The notes beneath the pieces are model-generated. The model was not told the DNA's origin, did not search any database, and saw only the letters and a program-made list of their open reading frames with translations. A stretch of 25,626 bases of DNA from assembly GCA_040289515.1 (NCBI GenBank), contig PSLI01000031.1, forward strand, positions 1 through 25,626, given 5' to 3'. Shown piece after piece: positions 10,672 through 19,062 of the stretch (within the stretch, counting starts at the first letter, position 1; the number at the start of each line of letters is the position of its first letter). The DNA is from Candidatus Sysuimicrobiota bacterium. Lineage in GTDB: Bacteria; Sysuimicrobiota; Sysuimicrobiia; Sysuimicrobiales; Sysuimicrobiaceae. Both the position numbers and the translations under genes were made by a program.

Positions 10672-11991
10672 ATGGAGCTGTTCGAGCCCGCTCTGCAATC
10701 CGCGCCCCTGGCGGCCCGCATGCGGCCCCGGACCCTGGAGGAGTTCGCGGGCCAGGAGCACCTGGTGGGGCCCGGCCGCATCCTGCGCAGGCTGGTGGAC
10801 TGCGGGCAGCTGGCCTCCCTGGTCCTTTACGGGCCCCCGGGTACGGGAAAGACCACCCTCGCGTACATCCTGGCGCGTTCCGCCCGCGCCCACTTCGAGA
10901 TCCTGAACGCGGTCACCTCCGGCGCCGCGGACATCCGGCGGGTAATCCAGGAAGCCTCAGACCGCCTGCGCTTCCACGGACAGCGCACCGTGGTGTTCGT
11001 GGACGAGATCCACCGGTTCAACCGGGCCCAGCAGGACCTGCTGCTGCCCCACGTGGAGGACGGCACTTTGGTCCTCGTGGGTGCCACCACGGAGAACCCC
11101 TTCTTCGCCCTCACCAGCACCCTGGTGTCCCGGGTGCGCATCCTGCGCCTGGAGCCCCTTTCGCCGCCGCACATCTGGCAGATCGTGCAGCGGGCCCTGC
11201 AGGACCCCGAGCGGGGGCTGGGCCGGCTTGCGTTGTGCGTGGATCCGGAGGCCCTGGAGCACCTGATCCGCGGTTGCGGCGGGGACGCGCGGGTGGCGCT
11301 GAACGCGCTGGAGGTAGCGGCCACCACCAACCCGCCGGGGCCGGATGGCGTCCGGCGCGTCACCCTGGAGGCGGTGGAGGAGGCTCTGCAGAAGCCCGTG
11401 CTGCGCTACGACCGTGCGGGCGACCAGCACTACGACACCGTCTCCGCCTTCATCAAGAGCCTCCGGGGGTCCGACCCGGACGCGGCGCTGTACTGGCTGG
11501 TGCGTATGCTGGAAGCGGGGGAGGACCCGCGTTTTGTGGCCCGGCGGATGGTGGTGCACGCGGCGGAGGACGTGGGCCTGGCGGACCCCGCAGCCCTGCT
11601 GGTGGCCACCGCGGCTGCCCACGCGGTGGAGGTGGTGGGCATGCCGGAGGCGCAGATCCCCCTCGCGGAGGCGGCTCTGTACATCGCCTGCGCACCCAAG
11701 AGCAACGCGGTGGTACGCGCGCTGGGCCGCGTGCGGGAGGACCTGAATACGCAGCCGCCCGGGATCGTGCCTCCGCACCTGCGCGACCGCTCCTACGGGC
11801 AGGCGGCGGCTTTGGGCCACGGGCTCGGGTACCTGTACCCCCACGACTTCCCCGGCGGGTTCGTGGAGCAGGAGTACCTGCCGGAGGGCCTGCGCGACCG
11901 CGTGTACTACGAGCCCACCGACCGCGGCCTGGAGGCGGAGATTTCCCGGCGGCTGCGGGCGTGGTGGCCCCGCCGCCGGGCCGACCGGTAG
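10672..11991 (+). CDS. rarA: Replication-associated recombination protein A (MgsA/RarA AAA+ ATPase), 439 aa
   Basis: PLAARMRP..L.EF.GQ.HL, Walker A GPPGTGKTT, Walker B FVDEIHRFN, GATTENP, SAFIKSLRGSDPDAA, YLYPHD; start chosen at MELFE (no clear RBS). Confidence 0.95.
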   Translation: MELFEPALQSAPLAARMRPRTLEEFAGQEHLVGPGRILRRLVDCGQLASLVLYGPPGTGKTTLAYILARSARAHFEILNAVTSGAADIRRVIQEASDRLRFHGQRTVVFVDEIHRFNRAQQDLLLPHVEDGTLVLVGATTENPFFALTSTLVSRVRILRLEPLSPPHIWQIVQRALQDPERGLGRLALCVDPEALEHLIRGCGGDARVALNALEVAATTNPPGPDGVRRVTLEAVEEALQKPVLRYDRAGDQHYDTVSAFIKSLRGSDPDAALYWLVRMLEAGEDPRFVARRMVVHAAEDVGLADPAALLVATAAAHAVEVVGMPEAQIPLAEAALYIACAPKSNAVVRALGRVREDLNTQPPGIVPPHLRDRSYGQAAALGHGLGYLYPHDFPGGFVEQEYLPEGLRDRVYYEPTDRGLEAEISRRLRAWWPRRRADR

Positions 11992-12013
11992 CCGCGGCAG
12001 GATCCCACGGCGC

Positions 12014-12042
12014 TTGACAGGGGCCTGGGTACTGGCTAACAT
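12014..12042 (+). promoter_or_regulatory. Sigma70/SigA-type promoter of the protoglobin gene
   Basis: TTGACA (12014-12019), 17-nt spacer, TAACAT (12037-12042); GGGAGG RBS at 12068-12073. Confidence 0.8.
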
Positions 12043-12080
12043 AGTAAGGAGTCCGAACGTTTCAATAGGGAGGTGGTGGT

Positions 12081-12662
12081 GTGACGATTCCCGGCTACAC
12101 CTACGGCACCGCCCAGGTGTCCACAAGCCCCGTGTCGCTTCAGGACCTGCGGAAACTGAAACAGGCGGTGGCCTTCACGGAGGAGGACGTGCGGTACCTG
12201 CAGATGGCGGGGGACGTGCTGGAGGACCAGGTGGCGCAGGTCCTGGACGTGTGGTACGGGTTCGTGGGCTCTATCCCGCACCTGCTGCACTACTTCACAG
12301 GGCCGGACGGCCAATCCCTCGCCGACTACCTGGCGGCGGTGCGCAGGCGGTTCGGCCAGTGGATCCTGGACACGTGCCGCCGGCCGCACGACCAGGCGTG
12401 GCTGGATTACCAGCACGAGATCGGCCTGCGCCACCACCGCACGAAGAAGAACCGGACGGACGGCGTGGCCTCCGTGGACCACATTCCCTTGCGGTACGTG
12501 GTGGCCCTCATCGCTCCCATCGCCCTCACCATCAAGCCCTTCCTGGCCCGCAAGGGCCACCGGCCAGAGGAGGTGGAGAAGATGCACGCGGCGTGGGTGA
12601 AGGCGGTGGTGCTGCAGGCGGCCTTGTGGGCGCTTCCGTACGCGACTCCGGGCGACTGGTGA
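12081..12662 (+). CDS. Protoglobin (single-domain haem protein), 193 aa
   Basis: IPGYTYG N-terminal extension, [73 protein letters not shown], matching the archaeal protoglobin pattern throughout. Confidence 0.95.
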   Translation: MTIPGYTYGTAQVSTSPVSLQDLRKLKQAVAFTEEDVRYLQMAGDVLEDQVAQVLDVWYGFVGSIPHLLHYFTGPDGQSLADYLAAVRRRFGQWILDTCRRPHDQAWLDYQHEIGLRHHRTKKNRTDGVASVDHIPLRYVVALIAPIALTIKPFLARKGHRPEEVEKMHAAWVKAVVLQAALWALPYATPGDW

Positions 12663-12688
12663 GCGAGCCCCCATCCACCCGCCTTGCA

Positions 12689-12726
12689 AGCGCCGGCCGG
12701 GGAATTCCCCGGCCGGCGCTGTTTTC
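12689..12726 (+). terminator. Probable intrinsic terminator (perfect 32-bp palindrome plus short T tract)
   Basis: AGCGCCGGCCGGGGAATTCCCCGGCCGGCGCT (12689-12720) is its own reverse complement; followed by GTTTTC; 26 nt after the protoglobin stop. Confidence 0.7.
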
Positions 12727-12757
12727 AAGACCGTCCGTCGTGGGTGCTCGTTCGAAC

Positions 12758-12787
12758 TTGACAACAAGCATCCCGAGACGCTAGCAA
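12758..12787 (+). promoter_or_regulatory. Possible mmsA promoter
   Basis: Perfect TTGACA at 12758-12763, but only a weak -10 (TAGCAA at 18-nt spacing); GTTCGAAC dyad immediately upstream. Confidence 0.4.
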
Positions 12788-12840
12788 AGGGGTGCGGCTT
12801 GCGGAGCCCGTTCGGATATCCGGAGGCAAAGGGGACGCTC

Positions 12841-14307
12841 ATGAGCGGTGAGCGGCAGATCCTGAACTACGTGGGCGGGCAGTGGAAGCGGCCCTCGGGG
12901 TCGGACGAGCTGGTGGTGTACAACCCCGCCACCGGCGAGGTGCTGGCACGAGGCCGCGGCACAAGCCCCGCGGAGCTGGACGAGGCGGCGCAGCTGGCCG
13001 CGCGGGCGTTCGCGCAGTGGCGGCGCACCCCCGCTACGGAGCGGGTGCAGTACCTGTTCCGGCTCAAGCAGCTGCTGGAGGAGAACCTGGACGATCTGGC
13101 GCGCACCATCACGGAAGAGTGCGGGAAGACCTACGAGGAGTCTGCGGGAGAGTTGCGGCGGGGTATCGAGAACGTGGAGGTGGCTTGCGGAATTCCCAGC
13201 CTCATGCAGGGGTACAACAACGAGGATGTGGCTCGCGGCATCGACGAGCACCTGTACCGGCAGCCCCTGGGCGTGGTGGCTGCCATCACCCCCTTCAACT
13301 TCCCGGGTATGATCCCCCTGTGGTTTTTGCCGTACGCGGTGGCGTGCGGCAACGCCGTCCTTATTAAGCCCTCGGACAAAGTCCCGCTCACCATGCAGAA
13401 GATCATGCGGCTGGTGGAGCGCACGGGGCTGCCGCCGGGCGTGGTGAGCGTGGTGAACGGTGCCAAGGAGACCGTGGACGCCCTCCTGGATCACCCCCTG
13501 GTGCGGGCAGTGAGCTTCGTGGGCTCCAGCCCCGTGGCCAAGTATGTGTACGCAAGGGCCACCGCAAACGGCAAGCGGGCGCAGTGCCAGGGGGGGGCCA
13601 AAAACCCCGTCATCGTGATGCCGGACGCGGACCTCGAGACGGTGCCAAGGCTGGTGGCGGAGTCGGCCTTCGGATGTGCAGGACAGCGATGCCTCGCGAG
13701 TTCCCTGGCGGTGGTGGTGGGCGAAGCACGGGAGCCCTTCCGGGAGGCCATCACCGACCTGGCGGCCTCGCGGAGGGTGGGCTACGGGTTGGACCCCGGG
13801 GTGGAGATGGGGCCGGTGATCCGCCGGGAGAGCAAGGAGCGCATCGAGGGGCTGATCGGAAAGGGCGCGGAGGAAGGCGCGCGGGTGCTGGTGGACGGGC
13901 GGGGTACCCGGGTGCCGGGCTACGAGGGAGGCTTCTTCGTGCGGCCCACGGTCCTGGAGGACGTGCCCCCCGACGGAATCATCGCCCGCACGGAGATCTT
14001 CGGGCCGGTGCTGGGGTTGATCCACGTGCGGGACATCGATGAGGCCATCCAGCTGGTGAACCGGGATAGCTACGGCAACATGGCGTGCCTGTTCACCCGC
14101 AGCGGAGCGGCGGCCCGGAAGTTCCGCTACGAAGCCCAGGCGGGCAACCTCGGCATCAACGTGGGCGTGGCGGCCCCCATTGCCTTTTACCCCTTCGCGG
14201 GCATGAAGGACAGCTTCTTCGGAGACCTCCACGGCCAGGGCCGCGACGCGGTGGAGTTCTACACGGAGAAGAAAGTCGTGGTGGAACGCTGGCTCGACCG
14301 GGTGTAG
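12841..14307 (+). CDS. mmsA: CoA-acylating (methyl)malonate-semialdehyde dehydrogenase, 488 aa
   Basis: [44 protein letters not shown] (no catalytic Glu), [37 protein letters not shown]. Confidence 0.93.
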   Translation: MSGERQILNYVGGQWKRPSGSDELVVYNPATGEVLARGRGTSPAELDEAAQLAARAFAQWRRTPATERVQYLFRLKQLLEENLDDLARTITEECGKTYEESAGELRRGIENVEVACGIPSLMQGYNNEDVARGIDEHLYRQPLGVVAAITPFNFPGMIPLWFLPYAVACGNAVLIKPSDKVPLTMQKIMRLVERTGLPPGVVSVVNGAKETVDALLDHPLVRAVSFVGSSPVAKYVYARATANGKRAQCQGGAKNPVIVMPDADLETVPRLVAESAFGCAGQRCLASSLAVVVGEAREPFREAITDLAASRRVGYGLDPGVEMGPVIRRESKERIEGLIGKGAEEGARVLVDGRGTRVPGYEGGFFVRPTVLEDVPPDGIIARTEIFGPVLGLIHVRDIDEAIQLVNRDSYGNMACLFTRSGAAARKFRYEAQAGNLGINVGVAAPIAFYPFAGMKDSFFGDLHGQGRDAVEFYTEKKVVVERWLDRV

Positions 14308-14382
14308 GGGGGCGGCAGCGAAGTGTGGGGCCCGATCCCGGCGATGCGCTGGGAGTACGGAGCTGGAAAGCGGAGGACGTCG

Positions 14383-14602
14383 GCAGGGTACGGATCTCCC
14401 GAAGGTCGTCGCGGAGCTCGGAGAGTCTGGCGTCCACCTGAGCGAACCGAGCGTCCACCTGGGCAAAGCGGGCCTTCCTGTCGGCCCGGAGGTCGTCGAA
14501 CCGGCGCTGGACGTCATCGAACCGTCGGTTGTTGTACAGGATGCCGTCGAGGACTGCCAGCACCACGGTGATGACGACGGTCGCCGCCTGTTCCGACCCC
14601 AT
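14383..14602 (-). pseudogene. Small N-terminal TM plus coiled-coil repeat protein, probably 3'-damaged
   Basis: MGSEQAATVVITVVLAVLDGILYNNRRFDDVQRRFDDLRADRKARFAQVDARFAQVDARLSELRDDLREIRTL; after about 73 codons the sequence loses protein-like character and the ORF runs antisense into mmsA to 14156. Confidence 0.55.
14430..14533. repeat. Two pairs of imperfect 21-bp tandem repeats (heptad coding)
   Basis: GCGTCCACCTGAGCGAACCGA / GCGTCCACCTGGGCAAAGCGG (14430-14471) and GTCGTCGAACCGGCGCTGGAC / GTCATCGAACCGTCGGTTGTT (14492-14533). Confidence 0.75.
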
Positions 14603-14771
14603 GGCTCCCTTTTACGGGATTGAGGGTGGGGGCAGATCCTCCAACGAGGACTATGCCCGCGGGGAACCTGGCAGTATGGAACGGTCCTGGGGACAGACCG
14701 GGCCAGCACGGTTGTGGCGGCCAGGCCCGTGGTTAGGCGTCGCACACCGGCTCCTGTAGCCCCCCACGAGG

Positions 14772-16376
14772 CTATTCGGCGGCGGGTGAGGGCAACTTTT
14801 CCGGCCAGGCGGCGAACTTTTCCCACAGCACGGCCAGCTGGATCCGCAGCCGGAGCTCCGGATCATCCACTCGGGCGCCCAGCATGGCTTCCAAGCGCGC
14901 CACCCGGTGCCGCAGGGTGTTCCAGTGCACCCCGAGCCGGCGGGCCGCCGCCCGCTGGTTGAAACCGCACGCGGCCAGAGCCCGCACGGTCTCCGCCAGG
15001 CCTTCGTGGGTAGCCCGCAGGCGTCCCAGGGTGCCTTCGTACAGCGCCTCCAGGGCCGTCCGATCCTGGCAGGAGTGCAGGATGCGGAGCACCACCGCGT
15101 CCTCGTACCACCACACACCCGGTCCTCGGGCCAGGGTCAACACCGCCTGGGCTTCCTCCAGGCTCCTGCGGAGCTGCGCGTGGTGAGGTTGGGGCCGGCC
15201 AACAGCGAGGACCGTGGACGGCTGGGGTGCCTGGGCCCGCAGGATCGCGTGGAGGGCCGAAACGTGCTCCCGCAGGCGGCTGGTGCGCTCATCCGCGGGC
15301 AGCAGGGCCACCACCTGGTTAAGCTGGAGGGCGGTGAACACCGGTAGCCCCAGGCTCCGCAGGGCCTGCTCTATGGCTTCCGCTAGCTGCCGGCGCAGGC
15401 GGAAGTCCTCCGTGGATTCCAGGGGTCTTATTGCCACCCGGCCGTCGGGGCCCGCAGGAGCCGCCACCACAGCGGCGTAAGGGGTGCGCAGGTCAAAGCC
15501 GAAAAGCTGCGCCCGCTCCCTTAGGGCGGGGTCCTCCGCAAGCCGCCCCTGGAGCACCGCTTCCACGAAGGTGCTGCGGACCCTGGCCTCCGCGTCGGCC
15601 ACCGCCTGCTGGCGCAGCAGGTGCAGCCCCATGACCAAGGACGCGTGCTCTGCGGCCCGCACGTCCACATCCCGGGGCAACTCTCCGGGATCGACCAGCA
15701 GGATGAGCTCTGCAGGTACCCCCGTGCCCGTGCGCACGGCCCGGCGTACCAGGCGGCTGCCGTCGGGCAGGCGGCCCGAGGACTCCCCTTCCCCGGACCA
15801 CCGGGCTTCGGCGGACACCCGGCCAAACAACTCCGCATCCCCGGCTAGCAATTTCCCGCGGCCGTCCACCACAAGGGCCCTGCGGCCCAGCAGGGACTCC
15901 AGCCTGTGCACGATGTCCGCCAGGGTGGCCGCCTCCAACGCCGCCTGGGTGAGCTCCCGGTGGATCCGCTCCGACCGCTCCAGGGACTCGAAGTGGCTGC
16001 GGATGATGGCGCGGTTGATGGTTTCCGTAAGGTCCACGAAGGAGACGTCCTGTGTAGCTTCCAGGATCCCCAGCCCCGCTCGCACGGCCTCCTCGACCAC
16101 CGCGGGGGGGGCTTCCGGGAAGAACTCCCCACCGGTCCGGAAGAGGATGGCGGCTACCCCCGCCCGTGCCAGGTCCCTCACGATTCGGCGCTGCTCGTCC
16201 GGGTCCGGGGGCCAGCTGTACGCCGTGGTGAGCAGCAGTTCCCCGCCGTGCAGCCAGGGGAGCACCTCTGGCCATGTGTGGACCCACCGCACGGGCTGGT
16301 CCAACCCCACTTCTCCCACAGGCCGGACCCCCTGCAGCTCGGGGAAACCCAGGATGTCCCGTACCCTGAGCGCCAC
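14772..16376 (-). CDS. PucR/CdaR-family transcriptional regulator, 534 aa
   Basis: N-terminal PucR ligand domain (GLDQPVRWVH..E..PWLHGGELLLTT), GAF-like and degenerate GGDEF-like middle, C-terminal HTH (FNQRAAARRLGVHWNTLRHRVARLE); AAGGAG RBS before GTG. Confidence 0.93.
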   Translation of the reverse strand: MALRVRDILGFPELQGVRPVGEVGLDQPVRWVHTWPEVLPWLHGGELLLTTAYSWPPDPDEQRRIVRDLARAGVAAILFRTGGEFFPEAPPAVVEEAVRAGLGILEATQDVSFVDLTETINRAIIRSHFESLERSERIHRELTQAALEAATLADIVHRLESLLGRRALVVDGRGKLLAGDAELFGRVSAEARWSGEGESSGRLPDGSRLVRRAVRTGTGVPAELILLVDPGELPRDVDVRAAEHASLVMGLHLLRQQAVADAEARVRSTFVEAVLQGRLAEDPALRERAQLFGFDLRTPYAAVVAAPAGPDGRVAIRPLESTEDFRLRRQLAEAIEQALRSLGLPVFTALQLNQVVALLPADERTSRLREHVSALHAILRAQAPQPSTVLAVGRPQPHHAQLRRSLEEAQAVLTLARGPGVWWYEDAVVLRILHSCQDRTALEALYEGTLGRLRATHEGLAETVRALAACGFNQRAAARRLGVHWNTLRHRVARLEAMLGARVDDPELRLRIQLAVLWEKFAAWPEKLPSPAAE

Positions 16377-16389
16377 TGTATTCTCCTTG

Positions 16390-16406
16390 TGTGAGAGTTT
16401 GTCACA
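16390..16406. promoter_or_regulatory. Candidate operator TGTGA-N7-TCACA
   Basis: Inverted repeat TGTGA gagtttg TCACA in the divergent intergenic region, just upstream of the regulator RBS. Confidence 0.5.
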
Positions 16407-16452
16407 GTCACTCTAGCACAGAAATAGGCCAGGGAATTGTCTTCTTGGGCCC

Positions 16453-16481
16453 TTGACCTGGCGATTTGGTACGGTTACAGT
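16453..16481 (+). promoter_or_regulatory. Sigma70/SigA-type promoter of the ABC/catabolic operon
   Basis: TTGACC (16453-16458), 17-nt spacer, TACAGT (16476-16481); in-frame GTG follows 7 nt later. Confidence 0.7.
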
Positions 16482-16488
16482 TCGGCGC

Positions 16489-17694
16489 GTGCGGCTGCGT
16501 CGCAGATCAGGCAGGCGGGATTTCATCACCATCGGGTGTCTATATCCGCTTACGGGTCGGGCCGCCCGCTACGGCCACGATTCCATCGTGGGTGCGGAGA
16601 TGGCGGCCGACGAGGTCAACCGGCGGGGCGGGGTGCTGGGCAAGGAGCTGCGGTTGCTGTTCGCGGACGACCGCTCGGATCCCACCTACGCAGTGCGGGT
16701 GGCTCAGCGCTACGTGCGCGAGGACCAGGTGGACTTCCTTTTGGGGGTAGTCAGCAGCGCCGTGGCCCTGGCGGTGACCCAGGTATCCCGCTACTTCCGG
16801 GTGGTGTTCGTGGGCACCGACCACGCCTCCGCCCGGCTCACCCTCGAGGCCTTCCAGCCCTACTACTTCCGGGTGACCAACAACACCATGCAGTCCATGC
16901 GCGCGGGTGCCGTGTACTTGAGCCGGCGCCCCTGGCGGCGGTTCTTCTACATCGGCCCGGACTACGAGTACGGCCACCGCCAGTGGCTGGACTTCCGGGA
17001 GTACTTGGCCCGTGTGCTCCCCGAGGGGGAGATTGTGGGCGCGGTCTGGCCGAAGCTGTACGAGCCCGACTACCGCCCCTTCCTGCGCGCTGTCCTGGAG
17101 GCGCGGCCGGAGGTTCTGGTGCACGGCTTCTGGGGCGGGGACACGATCGCCTTCGTGGAGCAGGCTCTGGAGGTGGGCCTGTTCGAGCGGGTACAGGTGG
17201 TGAGCTTCGACGCGGGTGGCAACTACGAGGTGTTCGAGGCCCTCCAGGACCGCGTGCCGGAGGGAATGATCCTCAGCGCCCGTCACCACAACAACTTTCC
17301 CCCCACGGAGGCCAACCGGCGGTTCGTGGAGGGCTTCTGGGCACGGGCCCGGCGCTACCCTTCCTACACCGCGCACGGGGCCTACGTGGGGGTGCACTTC
17401 GTGGCGCGGGCAGTCGAGCAAGCCGGCAGCCTCGACCCGGAGGACGTGGTGCGGGCAGGGGAGGGTCTCCGGATCCCCACTCCCCGGGACCGAGACGGGT
17501 TCTGCTCGTGGGTGCGGCCCGTGGACCACCAGATCGTGCAGGAGATGTACATCGGGCGTACGCGCCGCTCGAATGCTTTCCCGCCTGCCCGGTACCTGCT
17601 GGGGGACTGGGACGTGATCCCCGCGGAGGCGCTGCTGCCCACGGAGGAGGAGGTCCTGCGGGTTCGGGCCGGCGCCGCGGCACCGGCAGGCTGA
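16489..17694 (+). CDS. LivJ/AmiC-like type I binding-fold protein without signal peptide, 401 aa
   Basis: ITIGCLYPLTGRAARYG....GAEMAADEVN..GGVLG....L...DD, LGVVSS, YYFRV, PDYEYG, FWGGD; start inferred from promoter position (the ORF track uses TTG 16453). Confidence 0.85.
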   Translation: MRLRRRSGRRDFITIGCLYPLTGRAARYGHDSIVGAEMAADEVNRRGGVLGKELRLLFADDRSDPTYAVRVAQRYVREDQVDFLLGVVSSAVALAVTQVSRYFRVVFVGTDHASARLTLEAFQPYYFRVTNNTMQSMRAGAVYLSRRPWRRFFYIGPDYEYGHRQWLDFREYLARVLPEGEIVGAVWPKLYEPDYRPFLRAVLEARPEVLVHGFWGGDTIAFVEQALEVGLFERVQVVSFDAGGNYEVFEALQDRVPEGMILSARHHNNFPPTEANRRFVEGFWARARRYPSYTAHGAYVGVHFVARAVEQAGSLDPEDVVRAGEGLRIPTPRDRDGFCSWVRPVDHQIVQEMYIGRTRRSNAFPPARYLLGDWDVIPAEALLPTEEEVLRVRAGAAAPAG

Positions 17695-17726
17695 CGGAAA
17701 GACCAACCCAGCAAGGGGGTGAGCCG

Positions 17727-19046
17727 ATGGGTGGTTCGACGCGATGGGGAGCGGTGATCGCAGTGGGGTTGGCCGTGGTGGGTGTTCTGGCCTTTCCGCA
17801 CACGTGGGCGGGGCCCGTGCGGCCCGCGGAGGTGAAGGTGGGGATCGTCACCTTCCTGTCGGGTGCCGCGGCGGCTCCCTTCGGGATCCCTGCCCGCAAC
17901 GCGGCCGAGGTGCTCATCGAGGAGCTCAACGCGGGCCGCACCCCCGCGCCGTACCAGACGCGGGGGATTGGCGGGGCTACCATCCGCCCTGTGGTCATTG
18001 ACGAGGCGGGAGGCGCAGAAAAGCAGGTAGCGGAGTTCCGCCGGCTGGTGCTGGAAGAGCGCGTGGATCTGGTGATCGGGTACATCTCCAGCGCGGACTG
18101 CCTGGCGGTAGCCCCGGTGGCGGAGGAGCTCCGGGCCCTGCTGGTACTGTTCGACTGCGGCACCAACCGGATCTTCGAGGAGCGGTCCTACCGATACGTG
18201 TTTCGGACCCACGGCCACCAGATCCTGGACAACGTGGGCGCGGCCCGGTACGTGCTGCGCCTGAAGCCCGAGGTGGCCAGCATCGCAGGCATCAACCAGA
18301 ACTACGCGTGGGGGCAGGACTCGTGGAGCACCTTCCGCGACTCCATGAGGAAGCTGAAGCCGGACGTGCGGGTGGTGGCAGAACAGTTCCCCCGCCTGTT
18401 CGCGGGTGAGTACTCCGCGGAGCTATCTGCCCTCCTGGCGGCCCGGCCCGATGTGGTGCACACCAGCTTCTGGGGCGGGGACCTGGAGAGCTTCCTGATT
18501 CAGAGCATGCCCCGGCGAATCCACGAGCGCAGCACCTTGGTGCTGACCACGGGTGACACCGTCCTGCCCCGGCTGGGCCAGCAGGTGCCCCCCGGGGTGG
18601 TTATCGGAGCCCGGGGGCCGCATGGCGCCCTGGCCCCCAACGTCCCCCTCAACCGATGGTTCCGGGAGGTGTACGCACGTCGGTTCAACGTGCGCCCCGT
18701 GTACCCCTCCTACCATATCTCGCAGGCCATCTTGGGCGTGAAGTACGCGTACGAGAAGGCCCTGGCTGCCAACCGCGGTGCGTGGCCCACCAAGGAACAG
18801 GTGGCTGCGGCCCTGCGGGGCGCCACCTTCGAGACGCCCAGCGGCACCATCCGCATGGCTCTGGGCAACGGGCACCAGGCGGTGGAGGGAGTGGCGTACG
18901 GGATCACGAGCCGCTACAACAGCGCCACCGGCGAGATGGAGCTCACCCGCGTGCTGTCCCTCCCGGCGGAATGCGTGAACCCGCCCGAGGGCATCTCCAG
19001 CGAGGATTGGATCGCGCGGGGTTTTGTCGGGGCCAAGTGCCCGTGA
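17727..19046 (+). CDS. Branched-chain amino acid/amide-type ABC transporter substrate-binding protein, 439 aa
   Basis: AAGGGGGTG RBS; Sec-type signal MGGSTRWGAVIAVGLAVVGVLAFPHTWA; VKVGIVTFLSG.AA.PFG, GYISS, YVFRT, NQNYAWG, SFWGGD. Confidence 0.92.
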   Translation: MGGSTRWGAVIAVGLAVVGVLAFPHTWAGPVRPAEVKVGIVTFLSGAAAAPFGIPARNAAEVLIEELNAGRTPAPYQTRGIGGATIRPVVIDEAGGAEKQVAEFRRLVLEERVDLVIGYISSADCLAVAPVAEELRALLVLFDCGTNRIFEERSYRYVFRTHGHQILDNVGAARYVLRLKPEVASIAGINQNYAWGQDSWSTFRDSMRKLKPDVRVVAEQFPRLFAGEYSAELSALLAARPDVVHTSFWGGDLESFLIQSMPRRIHERSTLVLTTGDTVLPRLGQQVPPGVVIGARGPHGALAPNVPLNRWFREVYARRFNVRPVYPSYHISQAILGVKYAYEKALAANRGAWPTKEQVAAALRGATFETPSGTIRMALGNGHQAVEGVAYGITSRYNSATGEMELTRVLSLPAECVNPPEGISSEDWIARGFVGAKCP

Positions 19047-19062
19047 GGGGGGCGGGCGGTCT

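Noticed and set aside
10635..10674. TTGCCC-17-GATGCT as a leaderless promoter for rarA
   Set aside because: The -10 lacks the first T; too weak to call without transcript data.
12051..12757. CGAAC/GTTCG half-sites near the protoglobin and mmsA promoters as LexA boxes
   Set aside because: Neither forms GAAC-N4-GTTC.
12781..14826. Long antisense and alternate-frame ORFs (this 681-aa one and many others)
   Set aside because: Expected shadows in high-GC coding DNA; Arg/Pro/Gly-rich, no motifs, overlapping well-supported genes.
17126..18482. Identical 17-mer GCTTCTGGGGCGGGGAC at 17126 and 18466
   Set aside because: Explained by the shared FWGGD motif in two paralogous proteins; not a mobile-element repeat.
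16437..19046. 869-aa ORF in the track suggesting a giant binding protein
   Set aside because: The N-terminal half is an off-frame shadow of the first binding-protein gene; the real start is ATG 17727 with RBS and signal peptide.
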